From an uncultured Desulfobacter sp. (lineage in GTDB: Bacteria; Desulfobacterota; Desulfobacteria; Desulfobacterales; Desulfobacteraceae): a DNA stretch of 64,000 bases. Positions 30,132 through 38,015 of the stretch are shown piece by piece. The position numbers and the translations under genes are program-made. The stretch's first letter is position 1, and each line of letters opens with the position of its first letter. Below the pieces are notes generated by a model. The model saw nothing but the letters and a program-made list of their open reading frames with translations, was not told the origin of the DNA and did no database searches. The stretch lies in assembly GCA_963665095.1 (NCBI GenBank), contig OY762069.1, positions 1,568,001-1,632,000 on the forward strand. The letters are read 5' to 3'.

Positions 30132-30686
30132 GTGACACCCCTGGTTAAAATCATTTTAGTCATCATAGGTCTTGCCTATCTAATATCACCGCTGGATCTA
30201 ATTCCCGATCTCTACCTGCCATGGGTGGGATGGATAGATGACAGCCTGGTTATCATTTGCCTGTATCACCTTATCCGTTACGGCAAACTGCCCGATTTCT
30301 TATTTAAAAAAAACGGCCGGAGTCAATCTGGAAATAAAAAAGCGGGTTCTTCAAAAACGTTCACCAGGCCATCACCGGGCAGAGCATCCGGCCGGTCAAA
30401 GATGTCACAGCAGTCAGACACCTCACAGGAGTCCCAGACATCACAACAGTCTAAGTCCAACAATTCATTCGGACAAACCAGCACCACCAGATCCCCTTAT
30501 GATATTCTTGGCGTTGAAGAGAATGCCTCCTGGTCTCAGATCCAGACAGCCTATAAAAATAAGGCCAAACAATACCATCCAGATAAGCTGTCCCATCTTG
30601 GTGAGGAATTTTCAACCCTGGCCAATGAAAAATTTTTAGAAATTCAGGAAGCGTTTATCACGCTTAAAAAAATCTATGACAGGTAA
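30132..30686 (+). CDS. DUF1232 (YkvA-like) membrane protein with C-terminal DnaJ domain
   Basis: YLISPLDLIPD...GWIDD; PYDILGV...YHPDK. Confidence 0.88.
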   Translation: MTPLVKIILVIIGLAYLISPLDLIPDLYLPWVGWIDDSLVIICLYHLIRYGKLPDFLFKKNGRSQSGNKKAGSSKTFTRPSPGRASGRSKMSQQSDTSQESQTSQQSKSNNSFGQTSTTRSPYDILGVEENASWSQIQTAYKNKAKQYHPDKLSHLGEEFSTLANEKFLEIQEAFITLKKIYDR

Positions 30687-30691
30687 ATAAA

Positions 30692-30985
30692 TTGACCGGT
30701 ATCAGTGAAATTCTTGTACTAATTCTTTTGATTCTGTGCATTCTTATTGTACCCCGGATGCTCAATCCAGCACCCGCGCCAGGTAATAAAAAGTCACGTC
30801 AGTCCAGCCGCCGGCTCAACATGAAACTGCGGGCCGCTATTGTCCTGTCCCTAACTGTGATTGTTGTTTCAGGGCTGTGGATAAAACCCTGGCAGGGAGA
30901 GGTTGTACTGTTTATTGCACTGGGAATTCTTCCGGTAGCCCTTTGCTGGGCCCTTGTCTGGATATTTTCTGCAAGAAAAAAATAG
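30692..30985 (+). CDS. Small membrane protein
   Basis: Three hydrophobic segments; TatA-like start G.SEIL.LI. Confidence 0.65.
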   Translation: MTGISEILVLILLILCILIVPRMLNPAPAPGNKKSRQSSRRLNMKLRAAIVLSLTVIVVSGLWIKPWQGEVVLFIALGILPVALCWALVWIFSARKK

Positions 30986-31011
30986 CCCGGAACCCGCCTG
31001 TCATTAAATTA

Positions 31012-32040
31012 TCATGAAAAAACAGCCGAACGGCTTCTGCCATACTGAATACCTAAACGGTCCATACGTTTTCTAAGGGTATTGGGATGGACACAAAGAA
31101 GCTCGGCAGCCCCACCAGGCCCGTTAATTTTTCCTTTAGCTGAATTCAGGGCACGGGAAATATGGATACGGTTGATCTGTTCAAGACTTAAAAACTGAAC
31201 CCTCCCCTGAGGCGTTTTAAAGTCTTGCTGGGGTTCAGACAGAATAAATTCATGGTTCTGCACCATAATATCAGAAAAATCAAGAAACCTGCCTTTGCAG
31301 CTGATCATGGCCCGCTCAATGACATTTTCAAGCTCTCTGACATTTCCCGGCCAGTTGTGGTCAGTCAGAAGACGCATACCACTGTCCGAAATGTCAGGTT
31401 CAAACTCTGGATTCAGTACAGCCATCTTTTTACGGATAAAATACCTGGCCAGATCCGGAATATCGGCTTTCCGACGCCGTAACGGGGGAATATGGATGGG
31501 AAAGACATTGAGCCGGAACCAGAGATCTTTTCTGAAACTACCGTTAACCACCATGGACTGAAGGTTTCTGTGGGTGGCAGAAATGATGCGAATATCCACC
31601 GACAGAGGCTGGTTGCCGCCAACGCGCTCAATTTCACGGTTCTGAATAACATTGAGCAGTCGCACCTGTGCTGACAGGGGCAGCTCTCCTATTTCATCAA
31701 GGAAAATAGTACCCTGATGGGCCCGTTCAAAGCGGCCCTGCTTTCTGAGAACAGCGCCTGTAAACGCCCCTTTTTCATGGCCGAACAATTCACTGTCAAT
31801 AAGGGTTTCAGGAATGGCGCCGCAGTTGACACTTACAAAGGAATGATGACTTCTGTTGGATTTTTGGTGAATCAGGGAAGCAATAATTCCTTTCCCCACT
31901 CCGGTCTCTCCAATTAAAAGTACTGAGGTGCCTGTTTCTGCAACCTGCTCAACCTGCTCCATAACACCGGCAAGGCCTTTATCTGTACCAATCAGAAAAT
32001 TTTTTTCAAAAAAGTCTTCTGTTTTTTTTGCTGTTTCCAT
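31012..32040 (-). CDS. Sigma54-dependent activator (AAA+ and HTH) without an N-terminal sensory domain
   Basis: [38 protein letters not shown]-terminal GAAELL..HPNTLR; in-frame TGA five codons upstream of the ATG. Confidence 0.92.
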   Translation of the reverse strand: METAKKTEDFFEKNFLIGTDKGLAGVMEQVEQVAETGTSVLLIGETGVGKGIIASLIHQKSNRSHHSFVSVNCGAIPETLIDSELFGHEKGAFTGAVLRKQGRFERAHQGTIFLDEIGELPLSAQVRLLNVIQNREIERVGGNQPLSVDIRIISATHRNLQSMVVNGSFRKDLWFRLNVFPIHIPPLRRRKADIPDLARYFIRKKMAVLNPEFEPDISDSGMRLLTDHNWPGNVRELENVIERAMISCKGRFLDFSDIMVQNHEFILSEPQQDFKTPQGRVQFLSLEQINRIHISRALNSAKGKINGPGGAAELLCVHPNTLRKRMDRLGIQYGRSRSAVFS

Positions 32041-32240
32041 TTTTTCAAATTTTCAATCATCCAGCACAACATTTTATGGATCCAGCGTCTTCCGTGACAC
32101 TTATCAAGCTCACCTTTATCATCCATTTAAACCAGTGAACTGTCTTTATTCAGGCTCCGCCCGTCAGTTAAAATCCACTAAGAATAACGGTATAATTTTC
32201 ACATGGCGTAAATTATACCGTCAATTTCCCCTCTTAAGAA

Positions 32241-32270
32241 ATTAACGAATGAAGTGGATAAATCCGTCGG
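32241..32270 (-). promoter_or_regulatory. Putative ECF-sigma promoter upstream of the sigma54 activator
   Basis: CCGACGGATTTATCCACTTCATTCGTTAAT; same length and pattern as 33912-33941. Confidence 0.55.
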
Positions 32271-32343
32271 AAAAATAGAATATTTTTCTTAATTTTTTTG
32301 TTTTGAATTTATTACATTCTTATGAGGAAGAACATGGCCCAAG

Positions 32344-32901
32344 TCAGACAGTGTCATCATAGATATTAAGTTCGGCACGCAGGGTTTTTCTACCCCTTGC
32401 CAGAAGTGATTCCACTGCTCGAACTGTAATATCAAGGGTTCGGGCAATATCACGGTAGTTCATTCCATGGATATGACGCAGGTATAGGGCTGAGCGCTGG
32501 TTTTTAGGCAGGGTTAAAAAAATCGACTCAATTTTATCTTTTAACTCAAAGGCGCATAACTGACTTAAGGGGGTGGAAAGAGAAATCTGCTCGGGCAGGT
32601 CGGAGACAGCAAGGGGACGTTTTTTGCGCAAGTGATCAATACACAGGTTGCGTGCAATTTTAAACAGGTAGGTTTCCAGGCGGCCATAATAAATTTGGGC
32701 ATCCGCATTGGCGTACAATCTTAAAAACACTTCCTGGGCAATATCCTCAGCTTCATGACTATTACGAAGAAGATTAAAGGCAAACCCATATATCCCGTTT
32801 TGATAACGGTCCAGGATCTCCTCAAATGCCTTTTTGTCACCCTTGGAAATCAAGGTCATCAAATCAGCATCTGTCTTTTGGGAATACAAAAGCGATGTCA
32901 T
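32344..32901 (-). CDS. ECF RNA polymerase sigma factor
   Basis: GD..AF..I...Y, AEDIAQEVF, YLFKIARNLCID.LRK, region 4 Y.DIA..L...V..V.S.L.R.R. Confidence 0.93.
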   Translation of the reverse strand: MTSLLYSQKTDADLMTLISKGDKKAFEEILDRYQNGIYGFAFNLLRNSHEAEDIAQEVFLRLYANADAQIYYGRLETYLFKIARNLCIDHLRKKRPLAVSDLPEQISLSTPLSQLCAFELKDKIESIFLTLPKNQRSALYLRHIHGMNYRDIARTLDITVRAVESLLARGRKTLRAELNIYDDTV

Positions 32902-33470
32902 TAATTGGCAGGTTTTATTTCCATCTCTGGCCGTTTCATCATGCCGGGGGATTCCATCATTGGTGGCGGCGGCGGCGGCGCCCCCTTCCCGGACCGTTCC
33001 ATCATTGTCCTTTCTTGAAATCGTTTTCTGACCTCGGAAAAATAATATCTTGTTTTTTCCGGTCCAATAAGGTCTCTGATTTCAATGAGGTGTTCAATTT
33101 TATCTGAAACGGTCTGACCCAGCATCCGGCTGAGCACTTCCTTTTGTCTTTCAAATGCGATTTTATCCAGTGGCCCGGGCTGACTGATCACTTCAATCAG
33201 TTTGTCCTCTTCCTTCATAACCTGTTGCATAAAGTCAAAGTGACGTTTATTCATGTGCTGAAGGGCCGCGGCCATCTTATCTTTTACATCATCGGAAAGA
33301 TCCATTCCTGCAAGCACTTGAATGCCGGTGTTTTCAGGCCCTGGAAGCCTTTGCATCGGTATATGGTTTGGCGGTTTGAAAGCAATAACCGTAGCTATCA
33401 CCCCGATATTTAGGGCGACTGAAAAGGCCAGCACTATCCACACCCCTTTTTTTAAAAAATTTATACCCAT
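32901..33470 (-). CDS. Periplasmic Spy/CpxP/ZraP-like (heavy-metal sensor) protein
   Basis: SVALN.G signal/TM segment, helical Met-rich body, poly-Pro tail; sits between anti-sigma and ECF. Confidence 0.7.
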   Translation of the reverse strand: MGINFLKKGVWIVLAFSVALNIGVIATVIAFKPPNHIPMQRLPGPENTGIQVLAGMDLSDDVKDKMAAALQHMNKRHFDFMQQVMKEEDKLIEVISQPGPLDKIAFERQKEVLSRMLGQTVSDKIEHLIEIRDLIGPEKTRYYFSEVRKRFQERTMMERSGKGAPPPPPPMMESPGMMKRPEMEIKPAN

Positions 33471-33892
33471 GACAGCAGAAGTCCTCCTGAAAAATAGAGA
33501 ACAGATGATACAAAACCATGAACCGTGTCGGAATTTGACGCCAGATCAAGGCCCAGCCGGCAGCCGGTGTATAGCCCCGCGGCCATCCCCATGGCCATGG
33601 CAGTACGCATAAGCCAGTCAAATTGAAAAAGGCTCGTTTTAACAGGGCCTGCGGCCACAAGGTCCTCAAAACGGTCAAGCGTTTTAAATTTTAAATCTCT
33701 GGAAGGAAGGCGGGCTGGAATACGCTCAAGCATTTCGGAAAGGCGTTTCAGTTCCAGGGCCTGCCTGTGACACTGTCTGCACGTGGAAAGGTGTTGATCA
33801 ACAGCCCTTTCAGCTTCCGGTGCCAGCTCACCATCAATCCAGGAATCGATTTTTTCATTTGCTTCCATGCATTTCATATGATCTACCTCCAT
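33461..33892 (-). CDS. zf-HC2 anti-sigma factor
   Basis: C......S.IDGEL......V..HL..C..C plus TM segment. Confidence 0.9.
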   Translation of the reverse strand: MEVDHMKCMEANEKIDSWIDGELAPEAERAVDQHLSTCRQCHRQALELKRLSEMLERIPARLPSRDLKFKTLDRFEDLVAAGPVKTSLFQFDWLMRTAMAMGMAAGLYTGCRLGLDLASNSDTVHGFVSSVLYFSGGLLLSWV

Positions 33893-33911
33893 GAATACTC
33901 ATCCTTTTAGT

Positions 33912-33941
33912 ATTAACGATCGAGCAGGGAAAAACCGGCGG
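33912..33941 (-). promoter_or_regulatory. Putative autoregulatory ECF promoter of the anti-sigma operon
   Basis: CCGCCGGTTTTTCCCTGCTCGATCGTTAAT about 20 nt upstream of the start codon; CGT core typical of ECF -10 elements. Confidence 0.6.
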
Positions 33942-34090
33942 TATTTTTTTCTAAATCTGACTATTTTTTAAGGGGTCAAATTCTACTCTATTTTTTAATT
34001 TTACACCATAGCGTATACGATCTCCTCCTATGGCATAAAACATACAACCGAACACTATATTAACACCTTGAATTAATAGGTAAAATCATT

Positions 34091-34108
34091 CAGGCATGGT
34101 TTGTGCCA
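34091..34108. promoter_or_regulatory. Sigma54 (-24/-12)-like element readable on both strands
   Basis: Plus: AGGCATGGTTTGTGC; minus: TGGCACAAACCATGC; both have GG-N10-GC. Confidence 0.45.
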
Positions 34109-34187
34109 TCATGGAACTCAACCAGTGAGACTTTTGCAGATTTATCTTTAAAAGCAACCTTGGAAAAGAGACATTTGAGGAGCAGCC

Positions 34188-35114
34188 ATGAAAATACATC
34201 TTCATAAAAATGCCACAACCACACCAGCCCAAAGGGCGTTTATTCAAAATAATCCCCACCTCACCGTGGCCGCTCTTGCGGAAAAAACAGGCGTCAGCAA
34301 AACCACAATCCGGCGGTGGCAGAAACGTATGGATGTATATGACCGTCCACACACCCCGAAACGAATTAAAACCGCCCTGTCTCCCATTGAGGAAATCAAG
34401 ATCACTATGTGCCGCATGGCTTTCAGGGCCGGACTCGATGATCTGAACCAGATCGCTGAAAACTTTTTTAACATCAAGTGCTCACGAGCCAGCTTGAACA
34501 GATGTCTTAAACGATATGAAATATCAAAACTGCCCAACCTGAAATCTTTTGTGCCCTTTGACCTTAAAGACTATACTGGTACCTATTTTTATTATTCCTG
34601 TTTTCACCTGCCTTCATTTTCGGAATCTGAACCGCCAGTGGTATTGCAATGTCTTCTAGACTGCACATTTCGGACGTTTCATGCACAATATTCCACTGCA
34701 CCCAGCAGGTTTTTACTGGATTATATCCAGCATTTCCCTTTGCGGGTTTTAGGCATTATTTACAGTGCCCCCATAATCCTTGGGGATCGGCATCCCGACA
34801 TGGCGTCCTCCCAGAGATCTATCCTGCAATTGTGCCGAACCTTAGGCCTGACATCAAGCTTTATTGACAACCAGCATTCCCAGGCCGAAGACAAACTGAA
34901 CCATACGTTGCAAAAGATGCTTAAAAACAGTGAAAAACAGGATTTAACAAATATCTGGAAAACCAACGACGATTTATTTAAACAGATTCATCAATATAAT
35001 TTTGATCTCCCCCTGGGTTTTTTAAAACAAAAAACCCCTTTTAAAGCTCTGGAATCTCACTATACTCACTTCCCAAACAGCTTCAAATTAAAGCCGGAAG
35101 CGCTTGCTTCTTAA
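34188..35114 (+). CDS. IS481-family transposase-derived protein; HTH intact, DDE residues degenerate
   Basis: N-term LHKNATTTP..R..IQ...LA...GVS..TI.RW..R....DR...P; SRASLNRCLKRY.IS.LP; C-term YN...PL..LK.KTP; expected HID and TDNG replaced by YYS and YSAP. Confidence 0.8.
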   Translation: MKIHLHKNATTTPAQRAFIQNNPHLTVAALAEKTGVSKTTIRRWQKRMDVYDRPHTPKRIKTALSPIEEIKITMCRMAFRAGLDDLNQIAENFFNIKCSRASLNRCLKRYEISKLPNLKSFVPFDLKDYTGTYFYYSCFHLPSFSESEPPVVLQCLLDCTFRTFHAQYSTAPSRFLLDYIQHFPLRVLGIIYSAPIILGDRHPDMASSQRSILQLCRTLGLTSSFIDNQHSQAEDKLNHTLQKMLKNSEKQDLTNIWKTNDDLFKQIHQYNFDLPLGFLKQKTPFKALESHYTHFPNSFKLKPEALAS

Positions 35115-35126
35115 CCTGTCTTTTCT

Positions 35127-35156
35127 GTTCCCTGCAGAAAATTTTCTGCAGGGAAC
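35127..35156. repeat. Perfect 30-bp palindrome
   Basis: GTTCCCTGCAGAAAA|TTTTCTGCAGGGAAC. Confidence 0.9.
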
Positions 35157-35198
35157 CAGCCTTTAACAATAAATTTTTCCGTATCTTTCTTTTAAAGA

Positions 35199-35278
35199 AA
35201 ATCTCATATGATTAATTTTAGATAAAATTATAATCCATAAATACATGGATAACCCTTTAAGAACTAATCATATGAAAC
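35199..35278. promoter_or_regulatory. Paired operator-like sites upstream of fliC
   Basis: ATCTCATATGATTA (35201) and TAATCATATGAAAC (35265); the latter recurs exactly at 54990-55003. Confidence 0.55.
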
Positions 35279-35314
35279 TTTCTATAATCATATTTTTTCA
35301 CTAGTTTTACCGAC

Positions 35315-35342
35315 TAAAGATTGACTAATCATCACACGATAC
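35315..35342 (+). promoter_or_regulatory. Sigma28 (FliA)-type promoter of flagellin
   Basis: TAAAGATT-N12-CACGATAC; same layout upstream of fliD. Confidence 0.7.
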
Positions 35343-35514
35343 CATGGCAGAATAACGGATCGATCCAGGCAGATAGCATCTGCCGCAACCCAAACCCTTC
35401 CTGAATATGTCTATTCAGACGGATCTGATCAGACTGTTTAGGAAAGAACTCCTAAAGGTGGACCGGCACTGATGCCGGCACTTAATTTACACCCAAATTC
35501 ACGGAGGAAATCAC

Positions 35515-37935
35515 ATGAGTTTAAGTATCAATACCAACCTGGCCGCACTCACCGCCCACAGAAACATGGTCGCCACAGACAATGATATGAGCACATCCCT
35601 TACCCGTCTCTCCACAGGGTTGCGGATCAACTCTGCGGCAGACGATGCATCCGGTCTGACCATTGCTGATTCTCTGGCAGCTCAGGCAGACGGCCTGGGC
35701 CAGGGCATTCAGAATGCCAATGACGGCGTTTCAATTGTCCAGACTGCAGATGGCGCTCTTGAAGAGTCTGTAAGCATCGTTAACACAATTAAAACCAAAG
35801 CCATCCAGGCCGCTTCTGACACCCAGACCACGGAAACCCGCTCGGCTATTCAGGAGGACATTGACAAGCTGTTGGAAGAACTGGACAGCATTGCCACCAC
35901 AACTTCCTACAACGGCATGCAGCTTCTTAACGGCACATACACCAACAAGGTCATCCAGACCGGGGCCTCTGCCAATGAAACTGCATCCATCAGCATTGGT
36001 AACAGCGAATCAGATTCCATTGGCCATATCTCCACCGCCACCCTGGAACTCGACGTTGATGACGGCGATGAAGTGCAGCTGACCATTACCTCATCCATCA
36101 CCGGAGAGGATGTGGAACTTGAATCAATCACCATCGAAGCAAATAATGAGGAGGAAAACGGCCTGGGTGCCCTGGCTGACGAAATCAATTCCGTATCATC
36201 TGTCACAGGCGTGTCTGCGGTGGCAGTTGTGGAAACCACTACAGAGTCGGCTATCCAGCAAGGCACCACTGGTTCTGATTTCTCCATCAACGGCGTGACC
36301 ATAGGTGCCGTTAATGTGGAAGACAATGACTCAGATGCATCGTTAGTGACGGCCATTAATGATGCCACCACAGAGACCGGTGTTTCAGCCGCAATCAATG
36401 ATGACGGCACCATTACTCTGACGTCTGAAGACGGTCGCGTCATCAGTGTTACCGGAGATCTGGGCGATGTGTTTGGCGAAGGCGTGACTGCGGATGACCT
36501 GTCAACCATCGGATACATCACTCTGACCCAGGACGGATCCAGCCAGTTTAATATTACAGCGTCTGCCACATCCAGTCTGGATACAAACCTTACAACAAAT
36601 GCGACGTATGAAACTGCGGATGACATGACCCTGGCGAAAGGGTCAACCATACAATCCGGTTCCACCCTTGCTGCAGGAAGTGTGGTTGGTGCTGATATAG
36701 AGGTTATAACGGCTGCTGTTGATGATACCCTCTATGACTATGAACTGGCATCCGGTTCCACCCTTAAAACGGGTTCTGAGTTAGCCCAAGGGACAACCAT
36801 AGGCGGGACTATTACGGTTGATTCAGCAGATGCAACTTTGAATACGGATATGACAATTGAAGCAGGATCGACCCTTGAGTCAGGGAGTATACTTGCCGCA
36901 GGCACTGTCCTGACTGCCACGTTTACGGCCGGCGGCGAAACCTATGAAGCGGGCGATACCTTGACTGCAAAGGTGACTCTTACCTCAGACTTAACTTTAA
37001 CTGAAGACATGACACTGTCAGCTTCCTCAGCGCTTGAGTCAGGGACGGTCCTTACGGCCGGCACGGAACTTGGAGCCGATATAACCCTGGCTGCCACGTT
37101 AACAACAACGGAGGATATGACACTGGAAGCCGGGTCTTCGATCCTGACAGGATCTACCCTTGCCGCGGGGACCACCCTGGGCGATGATACGGTGGTGGCA
37201 TCGACAACAGGTGGAGACATTACAACCACTGAAGAGACTGAAATCTCTGCCGGATCAACCCTATTAACCGGCCTTATTATTGCTGAAGATTCGGAAGTCA
37301 ATGGCACGATTACCATTGCCCAGACAGATTTATCTACCGGAGATTCCGTAACATTGGAGGAAGGCAGCACTCTTGCCGCGGGTACCACCATTGCGGCGGG
37401 TACAACCATTACCACAGATATTAGTGCAGGTTCCATTACTAGTGCAACATCTGATATTGAAGCAGGAACGACGATTACAACAGACATTGTGCTTTCAAGT
37501 GCCGTAACCCTTACTGACTCAATGACGTTGACAGGCACTGGCAATAGAATTGCCGCCGGATCGGAGGTCAATATCTCCAGCGGGGATTCAGGGGATGTGG
37601 TCCTTTCTGACCAGGAGAGTCTGACCCTGTCGGATATCAGCGTCATGACACAGGAGGATGCGGAAATCGCCATAGAAATTGCAGAAGCGGCACTGGCGGA
37701 TCTGGATTCCATACGTGCGTCTCTGGGTTCCACGGAAAATCAGCTGACATCCACCATCTCCAACCTGTCAGTTACCAAAACCAACGTCACGGCGTCTGAA
37801 TCCACTATCCGTGATGTTGACTTTGCAGAAGAGACATCCAACTATGCAAGACTGGCACTTTTGGCCCAGACAAGCTCCTATGCCCTGAGTCAGGCCAATG
37901 CATCAACCTCGAACATTACAAGCCTGCTGCAGTAA
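35515..37935 (+). CDS. fliC: Flagellin, 806 aa, hyper-acidic, with large repeat insertion
   Basis: INTN..A..A.RN...LSTGLRINSAADDASGL; C-term RA.LGS..NQL...ISNL....N..ASES.IRDVDFA.E. Confidence 0.96.
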   Translation: MSLSINTNLAALTAHRNMVATDNDMSTSLTRLSTGLRINSAADDASGLTIADSLAAQADGLGQGIQNANDGVSIVQTADGALEESVSIVNTIKTKAIQAASDTQTTETRSAIQEDIDKLLEELDSIATTTSYNGMQLLNGTYTNKVIQTGASANETASISIGNSESDSIGHISTATLELDVDDGDEVQLTITSSITGEDVELESITIEANNEEENGLGALADEINSVSSVTGVSAVAVVETTTESAIQQGTTGSDFSINGVTIGAVNVEDNDSDASLVTAINDATTETGVSAAINDDGTITLTSEDGRVISVTGDLGDVFGEGVTADDLSTIGYITLTQDGSSQFNITASATSSLDTNLTTNATYETADDMTLAKGSTIQSGSTLAAGSVVGADIEVITAAVDDTLYDYELASGSTLKTGSELAQGTTIGGTITVDSADATLNTDMTIEAGSTLESGSILAAGTVLTATFTAGGETYEAGDTLTAKVTLTSDLTLTEDMTLSASSALESGTVLTAGTELGADITLAATLTTTEDMTLEAGSSILTGSTLAAGTTLGDDTVVASTTGGDITTTEETEISAGSTLLTGLIIAEDSEVNGTITIAQTDLSTGDSVTLEEGSTLAAGTTIAAGTTITTDISAGSITSATSDIEAGTTITTDIVLSSAVTLTDSMTLTGTGNRIAAGSEVNISSGDSGDVVLSDQESLTLSDISVMTQEDAEIAIEIAEAALADLDSIRASLGSTENQLTSTISNLSVTKTNVTASESTIRDVDFAEETSNYARLALLAQTSSYALSQANASTSNITSLLQ
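36625..37575 (+). repeat. Hexapeptide ([LI]xxG[ST]x) repeat region inside flagellin
   Basis: About 7 blocks such as LAKGSTIQSGSTLAAGSV, LEAGSSILTGSTLAAGTT, LEEGSTLAAGTTIAAGTT. Confidence 0.85.
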
Positions 37936-37956
37936 TAAAAAGCATTGCTTAAGTTC

Positions 37957-37992
37957 AAAAACCTGCCGGAAAAATATTTCCGGCAGGTTTTT
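37957..37992. terminator. Bidirectional intrinsic terminator after fliC
   Basis: AAAAACCTGCCGGAAA-AATA-TTTCCGGCAGGTTTTT. Confidence 0.9.
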
Positions 37993-38015
37993 CATGGCTT
38001 GAAATAATTGGGGGC

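Noticed and set aside
32961..32982. (GGC)n run as a possible phase-variable repeat
   Set aside because: An in-frame triplet run encoding poly-Pro; slippage would not switch the gene off.
34188..35114. Active IS481 insertion sequence
   Set aside because: Catalytic motifs are degenerate and no terminal inverted repeats are seen.
36625..37575. Ice-nucleation protein (InaZ) similarity of GSTL.AG repeats
   Set aside because: The period is 6, not 8/16, and the AGYGS motif is absent.
35907..37733. Long antisense ORFs (252 and 263 aa) within fliC, and similar ones within flgKLE, dnaE, guaB and rpsA
   Set aside because: Shadow frames of real genes with biased codon usage; no motifs or RBS.
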